Source: a virus
IMG/VR virus record: IMGVR_UViG_3300045988_164842
Span: 24,293-88,292 of that record
Reading direction: 5' to 3' (one strand)
DNA: 64,000 nucleotides
Under the pieces are notes generated by a model. The model made no database searches. It was given only the letters and a program-made list of their open reading frames with translations, and was not told the DNA's origin. Position numbers and translations under genes: made by a program. Below, piece after piece: positions 53,487 through 61,913 of this stretch (the stretch's first letter is position 1; every line of letters starts with the position of its first letter).

Positions 53487-54491
53487 ATGACAGATTATGA
53501 AATGCATATCACGCAGGCTAAGAAACGAATAACAGACTTGTGCTATAAAACCGTAGGTGATGTGTATGTAAGTTTTTCGGGAGGCAAGGATAGCACAATT
53601 ATCCTTGAACTGCTGAAACAGTGCGGTCTTGAAAATCAGGTGAAAGCGGTATTTTGTGACACAGGCATTGAACTGAAAGCGACAAAAGATTTCGTTCACT
53701 GGGTATCTGAAAACTGGTATAAAAATGTGGAAATAATTAAGCCCGAAATTTCTTTTGCTGAAGCTATAAAGGATTATGGTAAACCTGCACTAAGCAAATT
53801 GAAATCAAAAGTTTTAAGAGCCTACCAAAAAGACCCAACCTGTAAAACATCACGTTTACTGTTTGATGAAAAACGAAGGTCTTTCGTTATATCAAATAAA
53901 AATTTTCATTTCACACACCCTGACTTTAACATCAAAATTTCAGAACATTGCTGTAGGGAAATGAAGAAAAAGCCGTTTGCTACATATGCGAAAGAGCATG
54001 GTATATCGGGTTATTTTACAGGCATACGAATGGCGGAAGGTGGAGCAAGAGGGTTTTCGTATGCTCGTAAGGAAAGAAATGGAAATGTTTGCACAACTAT
54101 AAAAGAAGGCGGATTGGTTGAAAAATCACCAATTATAGACTGGTCTGATGAAATGTGTGACCAGTTCATAAAGGAATTTGCTGTGCCGTTATCGAAAGCT
54201 TATACAGATTATGGGTTTAGTCGTACTGGCTGTTTTCTTTGCCCTTATAATCGCAACTTGAAGCAAGACCTTGAAACTTTGAAAGTCTTTGAACCATCTG
54301 CCTATAAAGCATCTATTTATTGGTTGAAAGACGTGTACATCGCTCAGGGAATTCAGCTTGACGACCCTGAGTATATGGCGGAATACAACGAACAGTGGGC
54401 GAAATATGATACTATGAGGTACGAGATGTTGAAAAAATACCGCCCAGACTGTAGGATTGTAAAAAAATACGAAAAGGAAGTGATGACATGA
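53487..54491 (+). CDS. PAPS-reductase / PP-loop ATP-pyrophosphatase family protein
   Basis: PP-loop VSFSGGKDST. ATG 53487 follows AGAGGTGA (the track start 53445 is a GTG). Confidence 0.75.
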   Translation: MTDYEMHITQAKKRITDLCYKTVGDVYVSFSGGKDSTIILELLKQCGLENQVKAVFCDTGIELKATKDFVHWVSENWYKNVEIIKPEISFAEAIKDYGKPALSKLKSKVLRAYQKDPTCKTSRLLFDEKRRSFVISNKNFHFTHPDFNIKISEHCCREMKKKPFATYAKEHGISGYFTGIRMAEGGARGFSYARKERNGNVCTTIKEGGLVEKSPIIDWSDEMCDQFIKEFAVPLSKAYTDYGFSRTGCFLCPYNRNLKQDLETLKVFEPSAYKASIYWLKDVYIAQGIQLDDPEYMAEYNEQWAKYDTMRYEMLKKYRPDCRIVKKYEKEVMT

Positions 54492-54754
54492 AACTAATTA
54501 GAAAACAAGTAGTCGCAGGTGAAGAAACCGCTTTCACTTTTGACCGACACGGATATTCTTTCCTTATCAAAAATTTTACGGCAGGAAGCATTTTCGTGTC
54601 TGACACTCACGGGGCAACTGAAACCGCTCGTATTGAAAGCAAGCACGGTCAGGAATTTTCAGTAAATGAGTTTAAGAATGAAAGCATTGACACTGTATAC
54701 ATAACCGCTGAAATTGACGGTGAGGTTGAAGTTCAGTGTACTGCGTATCTTTAA
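54488..54754 (+). CDS. hypothetical protein (88 aa)
   Basis: ATGA overlap with the PAPS-reductase-like gene. Confidence 0.55.
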   Translation: MKLIRKQVVAGEETAFTFDRHGYSFLIKNFTAGSIFVSDTHGATETARIESKHGQEFSVNEFKNESIDTVYITAEIDGEVEVQCTAYL

Positions 54755-54767
54755 GAGGTGAATTATT

Positions 54768-56216
54768 ATGAAATACTTTAAACTTGCGGATAGCCCACAG
54801 TATGACGATACCAGTGTAAAAGCGGATATTTCAGCCTTGCAGACCGGAAAAGTAGATAAAGCTGATGGCATGAGCCTGATTGAAGATGCCGAAAAGCAAA
54901 GACTTTCTACTGTCGCAAATTATGACGATACAGAAATCAAGGCTGACATTGCAAAATGTGCCACAAAAGATGTTGCGACTACCACAAAAAACGGGTTGAT
55001 GTCAGCGACCGACAAAAAGAAACTTAACGGTCTTGCGACTGTAGCAACCACAGGAAGCTATAACGATTTGAAAGATAAACCGAATACGTCCGACTACACG
55101 GTTTTCATGCAGGAAACACAGCCAACTCAAGACGGACTGTGGATAAAGGGGAGCAAAAAAGATTTCAGATTTACACAATGTGATTTAAGAGTACCCAATA
55201 ATCCTATATTATTATCAACCCCTGAAGTTTTAAGCGGGACAGGATATTGTTCTTCTATCTCGTTTGATAAATATATATATTTTTTTGGAAAATCTCTTTC
55301 TAGTAATACTAACGAAATATCAGGCATTGCTAAATTTGACACTACTACAAATACAGGTGAAATTCTTTCTACTAAGTTACCTCATTCAATTATATACCCA
55401 GTAACTGCGATATCTGGTGGGTATATATATATATTTGGCGGTCGAGAAGAATATGGCGATTATTCTTCAGGTACGAATACTATTTTCAGATTCGACCCTG
55501 TTACAGAAAGTTGTATACAACTTTCTGTAACATGCCCCATTTCTTTTTCATGCGGATGTGCTTTTACAATCAATGGTATTATATACATATGTCCTGGACT
55601 ACGTAAATTAAACACACCTTGTAGAGTGATTTGGAAATTTAATCCCAAAGCAAATACTTGTGTAGCTTTGGAATCTCCTCCTTCCTCATTTTCATATGAC
55701 GGAAATGCCTGTGTTGTTGATGGTAAAGGATACGTTTTTTGGGATGATGGTAAAATTATCGAATTTGACCCTGATACAGAAACAAGTAGAACTCTTAATA
55801 GTACTGTTCGTTCTTCCTCAACAATAGCCGCTATAAATGATGTGGTTTATATTTTTGGTGGTAATCCATCTTCATCCAATTTAGAAATTTATTATTTCAA
55901 ACCTAACGAAGATGTCTTGAAAAAACTCACAAACACCATGCCTACATTACCTACCGGTTCTTATTATTCATATCTTTCAAGCCTCACTGTAGGTAAAGAT
56001 ATTTATATATTTAAAGGTAATGTATTTGTAAAAATGCTCCCTCTTGTATACGAACAGTTTAACGGATATTATATAAAGCTTTCTTCATCTGGGAAAATGA
56101 CTAAAATTTCAGACAACTTTATTGCTCAAGTTGAAGGTGTGCATTCTGGTGTAAACTGTGATGACAAAATCGAAGCATATTCTATAATTGATGGCGTGGC
56201 AACAAAAATCGAATAG
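54768..56216 (+). CDS. tail fibre with Kelch-like beta-propeller C-domain
   Basis: N-terminal fibre repeats (DDTSVKADISALQTGKVDK; DDTEIKADIAK; GLMSATDKKKLNGL). C-terminal repeated YIYIFGG / VVYIFGG / IYIFKG blades. Confidence 0.7.
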   Translation: MKYFKLADSPQYDDTSVKADISALQTGKVDKADGMSLIEDAEKQRLSTVANYDDTEIKADIAKCATKDVATTTKNGLMSATDKKKLNGLATVATTGSYNDLKDKPNTSDYTVFMQETQPTQDGLWIKGSKKDFRFTQCDLRVPNNPILLSTPEVLSGTGYCSSISFDKYIYFFGKSLSSNTNEISGIAKFDTTTNTGEILSTKLPHSIIYPVTAISGGYIYIFGGREEYGDYSSGTNTIFRFDPVTESCIQLSVTCPISFSCGCAFTINGIIYICPGLRKLNTPCRVIWKFNPKANTCVALESPPSSFSYDGNACVVDGKGYVFWDDGKIIEFDPDTETSRTLNSTVRSSSTIAAINDVVYIFGGNPSSSNLEIYYFKPNEDVLKKLTNTMPTLPTGSYYSYLSSLTVGKDIYIFKGNVFVKMLPLVYEQFNGYYIKLSSSGKMTKISDNFIAQVEGVHSGVNCDDKIEAYSIIDGVATKIE

Positions 56217-56226
56217 AGGTGGCAAA

Positions 56227-56622
56227 ATGAACAAAGATATACAGTTTTTCTCAGCATTACTCGGGGCAATCATCGGATTTCTTTTCGGGAAGATTGACGG
56301 CTTGCTTATAGCCTTACTGGTCGTGATAGTCCTCGACTACATTACGGGTCTGGTTCACGCAAAAATCAACAAGTCCCTTTCCTCAGCTGTGGGCTTCAAG
56401 GGGCTTGCGAAAAAAGGTTTCATTCTCGCAATCGTCATAGTCGGGAACATCGTAGACACTCAAATTCTCGGTAGTGGTTCAGTCTTCCGTAGTGCTGTAA
56501 TCTGCTTCTATCTCGCAAATGAAAGCATTTCCATTCTGGAAAACGCAGGGAATATAGGAGTACCGCTACCGAAAAAACTTAAAGATATATTAATTCAACT
56601 CAGAGAGGAGAACGATAAATGA
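56227..56622 (+). CDS. holin (phage_holin_4_1 / TcdE-like family)
   Basis: Three hydrophobic segments; LDYITGL..KGLAKKGFIL..ANESISILENAG signature. ATG 56227 follows AGAGGTGG. Confidence 0.8.
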   Translation: MNKDIQFFSALLGAIIGFLFGKIDGLLIALLVVIVLDYITGLVHAKINKSLSSAVGFKGLAKKGFILAIVIVGNIVDTQILGSGSVFRSAVICFYLANESISILENAGNIGVPLPKKLKDILIQLREENDK

Positions 56623-57347
56623 AGAAAGGAATTGACGTTTCAGTACATCAGGGTATTATCGACTGGTCAAAAGTAAAAGGCCAAGTTGATTTCGCCATTA
56701 TCCGTGCAGGTATGGGCAATACCGCAAGTCAGAGGGATAAGCAGTTTCTCAACAACATCAATGGCTGTATTAAATACGGTATACCGTATGGTTTCTATTG
56801 GTTCTCTTACGCACACACGGAAGCAGAAGCAATCAAGGAAGCTAAAGCGTTCCTGGAAGTTATCAAGCCGTACAAGCCTGAATACCCTCTTGCTTTCGAT
56901 TTCGAGTACGAGAGTTACGACTATGTAAAGAGGGTTCATAACATCACTCTCAGCAAGGAACAACTCACAAAGAACGCAAAAGCTTTCCTGAAAACACTTG
57001 AACAGGCAGGATATTACACGATTAACTACTCGAACCTTGACTACCTCAACAACCGCTTTACGCCTGAAATTACTTCACGGTTCGACCTGTGGTATGCACG
57101 TCCAAACGTTTCTCAGCCTGATAAAAAGTGTGGCATATGGCAGTATTCATGGGCAGGAAAAGTCGCAGGCATAAGTACGGACGTTGACATGAACTACGCC
57201 TATAAAGATTACCCGGCAATCATTAAGTCAGCAGGGCTTAACGGCTTCGCAAAGACTACCACACCTAAGCCTGAAACAAAGAAAACCGCCACTGTAACTG
57301 TGACGGTTGATGGAAAAACGTATAAAGGAAATGTTCAGGAAATCTGA
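56619..57347 (+). CDS. GH25 muramidase endolysin
   Basis: KGIDVSVHQGIIDWSKVK..VDFAIIRAG, the typical GH25 N-terminus; overlaps the holin stop. Confidence 0.88.
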   Translation: MKKGIDVSVHQGIIDWSKVKGQVDFAIIRAGMGNTASQRDKQFLNNINGCIKYGIPYGFYWFSYAHTEAEAIKEAKAFLEVIKPYKPEYPLAFDFEYESYDYVKRVHNITLSKEQLTKNAKAFLKTLEQAGYYTINYSNLDYLNNRFTPEITSRFDLWYARPNVSQPDKKCGIWQYSWAGKVAGISTDVDMNYAYKDYPAIIKSAGLNGFAKTTTPKPETKKTATVTVTVDGKTYKGNVQEI

Positions 57348-58088
57348 TTAGCTTAAAAGCGATTTGAGTTTGTCAATGCCTTCGTCAAAATAACGGAAAG
57401 TGTCAACTTCTTTAGAACAGTATTTTGCTTTATCGTGATACCAAATTCCGTATTCTTCCGTTTTCAGATTGTAAAGGTTCGCAAGTTTGCCGATTTTCAT
57501 AGCTGATACGCCAAGGATTTTTCCTACTTCCGTTGCTGAGTACGTCTTACGTTCGACTTTCGGAAGTGGAAGAACAGGTTCGCCTGCAAGAGCTTCGGCG
57601 GACTTTGCGACAAGTATGTTCTTGTATTCAGGTGAAAGCGTTTCGATGTTTGAAAGCTTGAGAAACATTTTCGCCATTTTGGTTCTTGCCTTTATAAGCT
57701 TGACCTCATCTGAGTTGTTTTCCGATGGCTGAATTTGTTTCTGGACTTCGGCAATTTCTTTTGTTTTGAAGTAACTGTTGACGAGTTCACGCTGAACTTT
57801 CCATGCAAGATTATCCGTGAATGACTTTACGAGCATGAGATAACCGCTTTCGGTAAGTAAGACTAAACCATTTGGAGCGATTGCGTTAAATTCGTTTTTG
57901 GCTTCGTACGAATTTCGTACGAAGTAATCTTCGCCTTCAATGAAACGTTCTTTGTTTGCGTTGAACGTTCTTCTTGCCGTTCCATCTGGTCTTCCGTGTG
58001 CAGTGTCGATGTCTTTAAAGGTTACAACTCTCTGATTGTTGTAAACCTTAATTGTGAGTTCGTGTTCGTTGATTGTGATTGTGTTCAT
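57348..58088 (-). CDS. ORF6N-domain antirepressor-like protein
   Basis: ITINEHELTIKVYNNQRVVTFKDIDTAHGRPDGTARRTFNANKERFIEGEDYF (ORF6N/KilA-N-like); GAAAGGA SD. Confidence 0.75.
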   Translation of the reverse strand: MNTITINEHELTIKVYNNQRVVTFKDIDTAHGRPDGTARRTFNANKERFIEGEDYFVRNSYEAKNEFNAIAPNGLVLLTESGYLMLVKSFTDNLAWKVQRELVNSYFKTKEIAEVQKQIQPSENNSDEVKLIKARTKMAKMFLKLSNIETLSPEYKNILVAKSAEALAGEPVLPLPKVERKTYSATEVGKILGVSAMKIGKLANLYNLKTEEYGIWYHDKAKYCSKEVDTFRYFDEGIDKLKSLLS

Positions 58089-58107
58089 TCTTTTCGTTCC
58101 TTTCGTC

Positions 58108-58136
58108 TTGACTTTTCCGAAAGGTTTTGCTATAAT
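58108..58136 (+). promoter_or_regulatory. perfect consensus promoter of antisense RNA 1
   Basis: TTGACT (58108-58113), 17 nt, TATAAT (58131-58136). The -35 lies 4 nt from the SD of the opposite-strand ORF6N gene. Confidence 0.7.
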
Positions 58137-58142
58137 GGATTT

Positions 58143-58211
58143 GTAAATTCCTTTCGGATTACGTTTATGAGTTTGCTATGACCGACCAAAGTTAAGCAAA
58201 CTCATTTTTTT
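58143..58211 (+). ncRNA. about 69-nt cis-antisense RNA candidate (sar-like)
   Basis: Predicted TSS about 7 nt after the -10. 11-bp perfect terminator stem ATGAGTTTGCT (58167-58177) / AGCAAACTCAT (58195-58205) followed by T7. The 3' arm covers the RHH stop codon. Confidence 0.6.
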
Positions 58212-58378
58212 AATTCAGAATACAATTTATCTATGCCACGTCTTATTGTTTGAACTCTTGTTTCTGAATTGTTCTCGGCAACCTTATCCAATTTTTGAAG
58301 CATTTCCTTATCAAGTCTTACAGCAAGCTGAGTAGACTTAGGGTTTTTAGATTTCGGTCTGCCAATCTGTGCATTCAT
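58202..58378 (-). CDS. ribbon-helix-helix (Arc/CopG-like) repressor
   Basis: 58 aa; MNAQIGRPKSKNPKSTQLAVRLDKEMLQKLDKVAE; ATG 58378 follows GAGAGGTG. Confidence 0.7.
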   Translation of the reverse strand: MNAQIGRPKSKNPKSTQLAVRLDKEMLQKLDKVAENNSETRVQTIRRGIDKLYSELKK

Positions 58379-58391
58379 TGTATCACCTCTC

Positions 58392-58441
58392 TTTTTGAAT
58401 ACCACTAAGTGTATTATATATCATGGTATTCAAAAAGTCAA
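58392..58441 (-). promoter_or_regulatory. RHH gene promoter embedded in a 13-bp perfect inverted repeat (operator)
   Basis: Minus-strand TTGACT (58441-58436), 17 nt, TATAAT (58418-58413). IR TTTTTGAATACCA (58392-58404) / TGGTATTCAAAAA (58424-58436). Confidence 0.7.
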
Positions 58442-58630
58442 TATCTTTTGCAAGAAAAATGCAATAAAAAAAAGCAAAGCTGATTTTGTGCATAATGTTA
58501 TAAGCTGTCACCTCACAAAATAAATAGTTGAACGCTACAATGCTTTTTATTTCGCCGTACAGCCACGTTGTTAAGCTTTATAGGTTTTTTCGCAAAACTA
58601 TACCCTTAGACTTTAATGGCTCGTACAATT

Positions 58631-58672
58631 AAAAATAAGAGCATTTACGATTATTACACAGTAAATCGTGCT
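58631..58672 (-). terminator. bulged hairpin + T-run after the 171-aa gene
   Basis: AGCATTTAC (58640-58648) pairs with GTAAAT-CG-TGCT (58661-72), followed on the minus strand by CTTATTTTT. Confidence 0.45.
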
Positions 58673-58724
58673 TCACTTTGGAAAGCTTAAATTTGAGTTC
58701 TCCTATTTCTACCGCAAGGTTGTG

Positions 58725-59240
58725 TTACTTTAACCAAGTTTGTATCAGTTTATCTATGAACAATGCTTTTTGTATTCCATTCTCTGAGTTGACAATACGA
58801 CTTCTCAGAATTACGGATTTTGGCAATGGCTTTTGAGCTTTATATGATGTGCCGATAAAAAGTTTTTCTGCGTATCTATAGAAGTATTCAGCAGAACATT
58901 TTTGTAAGAGTTCTTCAAGTGTGCTATTCTCGCAATCGACCTTAGAAGCTATGTACCTTGCAACGTCTTCTTTGGTTAAGTCCTTGTCAGCTTTCACCAT
59001 TTCAATAAAGTCCTCTGGTGTATCTACAAGCCTTATGCCGTTAAAGTATGGGTCGTATTCGCATACTTTAAGCCATGTATCTCCGTTTGTAGGAAACATA
59101 TGTGTTGAAAAGTTTACGCCTGAATTGTGAAGTTTGACAACGCACCCTCTTATCTTTTCTATAGTTCCGTTGCAGAACCAAAGACCAATACGGCTTTTAT
59201 GAGCATAAGAGCTTCCGATAATAACTACGTTTTCATTCAA
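58725..59240 (-). CDS. hypothetical protein (171 aa)
   Basis: TTG 59240 lies 6 nt after GAGGTG (the track GTG 59249 is inside the SD); no motif recognised. Confidence 0.6.
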   Translation of the reverse strand: MNENVVIIGSSYAHKSRIGLWFCNGTIEKIRGCVVKLHNSGVNFSTHMFPTNGDTWLKVCEYDPYFNGIRLVDTPEDFIEMVKADKDLTKEDVARYIASKVDCENSTLEELLQKCSAEYFYRYAEKLFIGTSYKAQKPLPKSVILRSRIVNSENGIQKALFIDKLIQTWLK

Positions 59241-59254
59241 AAAAATCACCTCGC

Positions 59255-59283
59255 TTGACTTATTGGTTTGCTTATGGTATAAT
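59255..59283 (+). promoter_or_regulatory. perfect consensus promoter of antisense RNA 2
   Basis: TTGACT (59255-59260), 17 nt, TATAAT (59278-59283). The -35 lies 2 nt from the SD of the opposite-strand 171-aa gene. Confidence 0.7.
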
Positions 59284-59289
59284 ATTTAT

Positions 59290-59358
59290 GAATTGCGGGA
59301 GGCGACTTCGGTCAACCCCTAAGCGTACGGCATGAGTGTTGTACGCTTTATTTTTTTT
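59290..59358 (+). ncRNA. about 69-nt cis-antisense RNA candidate 2
   Basis: 5' hairpin with UUCG loop (GAC-TTCG-GTC). Terminator AAGCGTAC (59321-59328) / GTACGCTT (59341-59348) followed by T-run. Overlaps the last codons and stop of the 191-aa gene. Confidence 0.6.
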
Positions 59359-59894
59359 ACTTCGCAATTAATCTCTATGAATTTATCTTCGTTGTATGTG
59401 TAGTCTTGCTTTTCAAGGTTATAGACTGAAAGATAAATCTTTTTGAAGCAGGTATCGTAAATTTCTTCAAGGAGTTTTTTATCTATGGGATTCCATTGAG
59501 AATTTTCAATTACTTTCTCAAATAGGTCGAATTCTTCTTCTGTGACGAAAACAAACAGCTCTATGTTTTTGCGTTTATGCTTTTCATGTTTTCTCTTAAT
59601 AACTTTTGAGATGTTCTGAACGCTATATTCTATTGTAGACAAAAGACTTCCAAACTCGCTTCCGAACGTCTGAGTGTCTTTGTTCCAGCCATAAGCTTCC
59701 CTTAAAATCTTTTCATCTGATGAACGTGAATGTCCGCAACCATCTGGATAATCATTTGTTTTATGTCTTCTATAAGCTCCTAAGTCAAGCTTATCCAAAA
59801 TTTCTTGTCTTTTCATTTCTTTTTTATAAGCCTTTTCGGTATCTTCATCATCACAGAACAAACCATTATTGTGGTTCGTCTGAGTTATTTCCAC
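59319..59894 (-). CDS. hypothetical protein (191 aa)
   Basis: GTG start 6 nt after GGAGGA; Lys/Glu-rich; no motif recognised. Confidence 0.6.
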   Translation of the reverse strand: MEITQTNHNNGLFCDDEDTEKAYKKEMKRQEILDKLDLGAYRRHKTNDYPDGCGHSRSSDEKILREAYGWNKDTQTFGSEFGSLLSTIEYSVQNISKVIKRKHEKHKRKNIELFVFVTEEEFDLFEKVIENSQWNPIDKKLLEEIYDTCFKKIYLSVYNLEKQDYTYNEDKFIEINCEVKKIKRTTLMPYA

Positions 59895-59986
59895 AAATCC
59901 TCCGTTGGCATGTTATAAGAAATATTAAAAATATGAAACAATGTTCAAAGTTTTTATAAAATATTCTTTTTATTGTTCAATGTAAT

Positions 59987-61219
59987 TTACGCTACATTTA
60001 CTACAAACGGATGTAACACGCACCCTCTATCCCATTTTATTGGGACTACTTTCTTTAAAATCTGATAAGCACCATTCAAGTCAGCGTTTATTGTAATGCC
60101 TGAATTGGAAACAAACAACCCTCTGTGAACACGTCTTGATTTATTGTAATTCTCTTTTACAGGTTCTTCATTGTCAATGAAACTCGTACCGCTTGTATAG
60201 CTTTCTTCGGTTGTAACAACTGCTATACCATATTCTTCTGCTTTGTACTCTATCATCTCAATAAGTCTTGCAAAAGGTATCTGAACAAAATGCTGATTTA
60301 TTCTCTTTGAAAGGTTTACATTTTGTTTCCATTCTTTATTTTTGCCAATAATGATTGTGCAAATATCGTGTTTCAAACAGTAGTCAATGATGTATTTGCT
60401 TGCTTTATGTAAATAATCATCAATCTTAGAATTTCTCTTTTCCGTCAATCTGTCCATTCTTTTTGAATATTCACTGTTGTTCATTCTTTTAGCGATTTCT
60501 CTATAGTGACTGATTTTCTTATTGTAATGTTGATTGATAGATTTTAAGGGCTTTCCATTGATTATAAAAGCTTTTTCGCCTGCATTATTGCACACTGTTG
60601 CAAGATTATCTACACCGATATCAATGCCTATATATCTTTGATTATCTGATTTCTTTTCCGGAACATTGATGTTATATACCAACTCTGCAATAATTCTGTT
60701 CCTTTTTGGAATAAATCTGATTTGTTGAAAGGAAGCAAAGTTTTCTTTCTTTATAAATCTTGGTATAAGTGTAAAACCTTTAAATGTTTTAGGAAAATGA
60801 AGACTACCGTTTCTTAATTTGCAGTTCTGGTTAGTTAAGATTAGAAGAAAGTTTCCGTTTTTCTTTAAATATTTAGGAAGCTTTGGTCTTCCTAAATATT
60901 TATCTTTGTTCTTACTCCAGTCTTTGATACTTGCAAAGAACGCTTTCCAGTTACTATCAAGCACTCTCAATATCTGTTGAGCCGACTGTGCTGTAGGCAT
61001 TTCTTTGTAGTCGGGATATTCTTCATCGGCTTTTAGAAGCTTGTCAAGTTCCGCATAACGTATCCATTTACTATTATCTTGACTTGTGAAAGCCTGCCTG
61101 ACAAGATAGTTCGCATGATTGTACAGGTTTTTAGATTTGTGGCAAAAATCAATCAGCATAGAAAAGAAAGCATTTGAAGATTTAATTATATGCTTTTCAA
61201 CTCTTGTCTGAATCGACAT
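59987..61219 (-). CDS. tnpB: TnpB (IS200/IS605-IS607 OrfB, RuvC-like RNA-guided nuclease family)
   Basis: 410 aa; RuvC motifs IGIDIGVDNLA (D), VVTTEESYTS (E), INADLNGAYQI (D). The usual CxxC..CxxC zinc finger between E and D is absent. Confidence 0.85.
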   Translation of the reverse strand: MSIQTRVEKHIIKSSNAFFSMLIDFCHKSKNLYNHANYLVRQAFTSQDNSKWIRYAELDKLLKADEEYPDYKEMPTAQSAQQILRVLDSNWKAFFASIKDWSKNKDKYLGRPKLPKYLKKNGNFLLILTNQNCKLRNGSLHFPKTFKGFTLIPRFIKKENFASFQQIRFIPKRNRIIAELVYNINVPEKKSDNQRYIGIDIGVDNLATVCNNAGEKAFIINGKPLKSINQHYNKKISHYREIAKRMNNSEYSKRMDRLTEKRNSKIDDYLHKASKYIIDYCLKHDICTIIIGKNKEWKQNVNLSKRINQHFVQIPFARLIEMIEYKAEEYGIAVVTTEESYTSGTSFIDNEEPVKENYNKSRRVHRGLFVSNSGITINADLNGAYQILKKVVPIKWDRGCVLHPFVVNVA

Positions 61220-61802
61220 CTTGTAACACCTCTTTTATTTTTTGAATTTTTCTTTTGCTGTACAGTTTTATAGAATAACAGTGCAACAGAGAAACAATTT
61301 CCTCGAAAATTTCTTGACTATCAAGTTTTTCCGAACCAACCTCACTCATAACAATAATTTCGCAATTGTATTTTTTAAACAAATGATAAAACAAATCAAA
61401 ACCAACTCTCGAAAGTCTGTCTTTATAGGTAATTACAATGCGTTCTACTTTGTTATCAATAATGTCGTCAAGCATTTCAAAGAAACTATTTCTTTTTTCA
61501 AAATTTATTCCGCTTGCTACATCTGAGTAAACTCCTGAAATCTTATATCCATTTGTAAAGCAAAACTGTTTGAGTAGTTCTATTTGATTTTCAAGGTCGT
61601 GTTTTTGCTTAGATGTCGAAACTCTTGCATAAATGTATGTTTTTCTTTTCAAATCCTTATTTAAGAATAAATACACGCTGTTTTCATCATAATCATATCT
61701 GCCATTCGGAAGTAATTCAACTTTTATTATTTCGTCTTTTACATATTTCGTAAGTGTTTGTCGTGAAATTCTAAGCAATTTTAAAACTTCATTTGCTTTC
61801 AT
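61197..61802 (-). CDS. tnpA: IS607-type serine recombinase transposase
   Basis: N-terminal MerR-like HTH (LLRISRQTLTKYVK), catalytic YARVSTSKQKHDLENQ, 201 aa. Confidence 0.85.
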   Translation of the reverse strand: MKANEVLKLLRISRQTLTKYVKDEIIKVELLPNGRYDYDENSVYLFLNKDLKRKTYIYARVSTSKQKHDLENQIELLKQFCFTNGYKISGVYSDVASGINFEKRNSFFEMLDDIIDNKVERIVITYKDRLSRVGFDLFYHLFKKYNCEIIVMSEVGSEKLDSQEIFEEIVSLLHCYSIKLYSKRKIQKIKEVLQDVDSDKS

Positions 61803-61819
61803 ATTCTCACCTCACACTA

Positions 61820-61848
61820 ATTATATCATATATTTAATATAAAATCAA
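61820..61848 (-). promoter_or_regulatory. tnpA promoter
   Basis: Minus-strand TTGATT (61848-61843), 17 nt, TGATATAAT (61828-61820). Confidence 0.55.
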
Positions 61849-61913
61849 TATGTTTTTGAATGTTTTTAATATTATCTTACTCTATACGTTTTGTTTTACT
61901 AATCGTCAAGCTT

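Larger units (their letters stand above)
59895..61913 (-). mobile_element. IS607-family insertion sequence (tnpA-tnpB); outer limits set by flanking ORFs
   Basis: Serine-recombinase TnpA and TnpB overlap by 23 nt; own promoter at 61820-61848. The exact ends are not determinable by eye. Confidence 0.7.

Noticed and set aside
58380-58493. 37-aa hydrophobic minus-strand ORF (MHKISFAFFYCIFLAK...) as a type I toxin
   Set aside because: The nearest SD-like GAGGTG is about 15 nt from the ATG. The ORF also runs through the RHH promoter, operator and start codon, so it is probably fortuitous.
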